The translations under genes were made by a program, and so were the position numbers. From Octopus sinensis (taxonomy: Eukaryota), in contig NC_042998.1 of assembly GCF_006345805.1 (NCBI RefSeq), forward strand, positions 173,228,001-173,292,000: DNA of 64,000 nt. The letters run 5' to 3'. The notes under the pieces were generated by a model. That model saw nothing but the letters and a program-made list of their open reading frames with translations, ran no database searches and had not been told where the DNA came from. Below are positions 62,115-64,000 of the stretch, in pieces; within the stretch, counting starts at the first letter, position 1; every line of letters begins with the position of its first letter.

Positions 62115-62810
62115 AGCGGAATCGTTACCGCGCCGAAAGATGCTTAGTGGTATTTCGTCCGTCTTTACTATCTAAGTTCAAATTCCGCCGCGGTCGACTT
62201 TGCCTTTCATCCTTACGGGGTTGATAAATTAAGTACCAGTGAAACATTGAGGTCAATGTAATCGACTAATCCCTTCCCCACAAATTCCAGGCCTTGTGCT
62301 TTTAGCCGAAAAGATTAATATTATCATTAAGGCAGTGCGCTGGCAGGATCGGTAGCACGCTGGGCAAAATGCTTGGCGTCATTTCGTTTGTCCTTACGTT
62401 CTGAGTTCAACTTCCACCGAGCTCGACTTAGCCTTTCATTCTTTCCGGGTTGATAAAAGAAGTTCCTGGTGATCACTGGGCTCAATGTAACCGATAATCA
62501 GCACCAAATTTCAGGCCTCGTGCCTATAATATAAAAGGACTATTGTTGTTGTTGTTGTTGTTGTTGTTAAGGCGGCGAGCTGGCAGAATCGTTAGCACGC
62601 CGCAACGTGTTTTGTGGCATTTCGTCCGTCTTTACGTTCTGAGTCCAGATGCTACAGAGGCCGACTGCACCTTTCATGCTTTCGGTGTCAATAAAATATA
62701 TAATACCAGTTTAGCTACTACTAATATAATATACTAGTGGATGCTACCGACCTCCCTACCCCTCACAACTGCTGACCTTGTGCCAAAACAAGGAATGATC
62801 ATTATTATTG
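62115..62810 (+). mobile_element. Three head-to-tail SINE family B copies (62115, 62331, 62571)
   Basis: Head, B box and Nin-like domain repeated three times, separated by TTA/TTG tracts. Confidence 0.9.
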
Positions 62811-62829
62811 TAGTATGTTATTGCATGGG

Positions 62830-64000
62830 TATTAAAAAGATAGCAAATATCGGGTTTTCTTGTTTTCCCTCGTGTTACTTGTCAACTCATAAAGAAATGC
62901 CTTACACAGAAAGTAGGAGAAAAAGTTGGAGCAATCTCACACCTAATTCCCGGTCATTTATCAGAATCTTTTAAGTTTCAAATTATATTCCGATAAAAAA
63001 GGGTACTACTTTCCCTTTTCTACTCGACCTACACAGATTCTTAATATTTCTACATTTAAATCATCTCATTCAAGACATTTTCTACTACTTTCCAAATTCC
63101 TTGTCAAAAATATTATCCTTTGAAGGAATTGCACCATCAGTTATGAGACATTCTATTTTATATCAGGGATAATGGTATCCCTGATAATGGGCTGCTCTGT
63201 TAAGCTGTTCATAATGTTGTAAAAAATCTCATAAATTTTTTAAGATCATCTGATATATTTAATGCTCTTTCAGGTACATGAATGTGGCACTGATCTGAAA
63301 TATTGTATTTGCATGTTTTACAATGTGACCAGTGTTAATTCAAGATAACCTTCTAATGACATTTCAGTATCCTTTTTGAATTAACATTATGCTGAATACT
63401 TTTCTCTTGCTGTTTACAGAAGCAGCATTTGTTCATTGATACAGTGGGATAAACACTCTTACTGAACTTGTGTTTATAGGCTCATCCACCAACAAACCTT
63501 TAGTTTCTCTCTTGAAATCTTATCGCAGTCACTTTCAGGACTTGTCGGGATTTTCGATGTTTATAGTGTCTCTCTGGAATTTCTCATCTAACGTGCATTT
63601 ATTTTACAGTTTCTTCTTTTCACAGATTATCCTGCTTTGAGATATTTTCTTCTTTTCAAGACTCACACAAATACGTCTTATATCTGTTGCAGTTTGCTTC
63701 ATTAGCTCTTTGCCCTTTTCAAATCAGTGATATACTCGCATTTGTTTTTCAATCACCCAACCAGAAATGCTAATATCTCTTCTCCCGCCAATCTTTCTTT
63801 TCATATGTAAGCGACGGACAAATTTTGGATGAAGAACTACGTTCATAGTTGGAGATTTTCTCGTTTTTATCTTCATTTCAATATTCCAGCCCCATAACGC
63901 TTGACGGCAACCGCCCGTATTTTGATCAGATTCAACAGTCTCCAGGTCCACGATAATAGCATCATTCCGAGTAATGTGAATAATAAATATATAACAGATG
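62830..64000 (-). pseudogene. R4/Dong-like LINE fragment (post-RT to RLE), runs off the window
   Basis: KTRKSPTMNVVLHPK...RLHMKRKIGGR.DISI (63724-63951); homologous to 34690-34830. Confidence 0.75.

Overview
Repeat-dominated, AT-rich eukaryotic DNA, most likely from a coleoid cephalopod (Octopus-like). This is an inference from the SINE families and the very dense (TA)n/(CA)n/(TCTA)n/(CATA)n microsatellites. I could not recognise any host protein-coding exon, rRNA, intact tRNA or CRISPR array; almost all ORFs in the track are microsatellite read-through. The window holds decayed mobile elements: three Penelope-like (PLE) fragments, six co-oriented fragments of R4/Dong-like restriction-endonuclease LINEs, an RTE LINE 3' end, three Tc1/mariner elements (maT-like, rosa-like, mariner), a Chapaev-like transposase, four Helitron pieces including a RepHel N-terminus, and many copies of 3-4 tRNA-derived SINE families. 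The most interesting layer is non-coding. About ten type I hammerhead-ribozyme motifs, most with palindromic stem III, lie in the first 26 kb, including a 434-bp tandem dimer with retrozyme-like architecture (23905-24790). Also notable are a family of foldback palindromes, a 22-bp-period TGCGCATGCGC array, and a 518-bp non-coding element that appears to share the (TAA)n niche of the R4/Dong LINE. All alignments and folds were done by eye; most motifs are mutated fossils, and activity is not shown.
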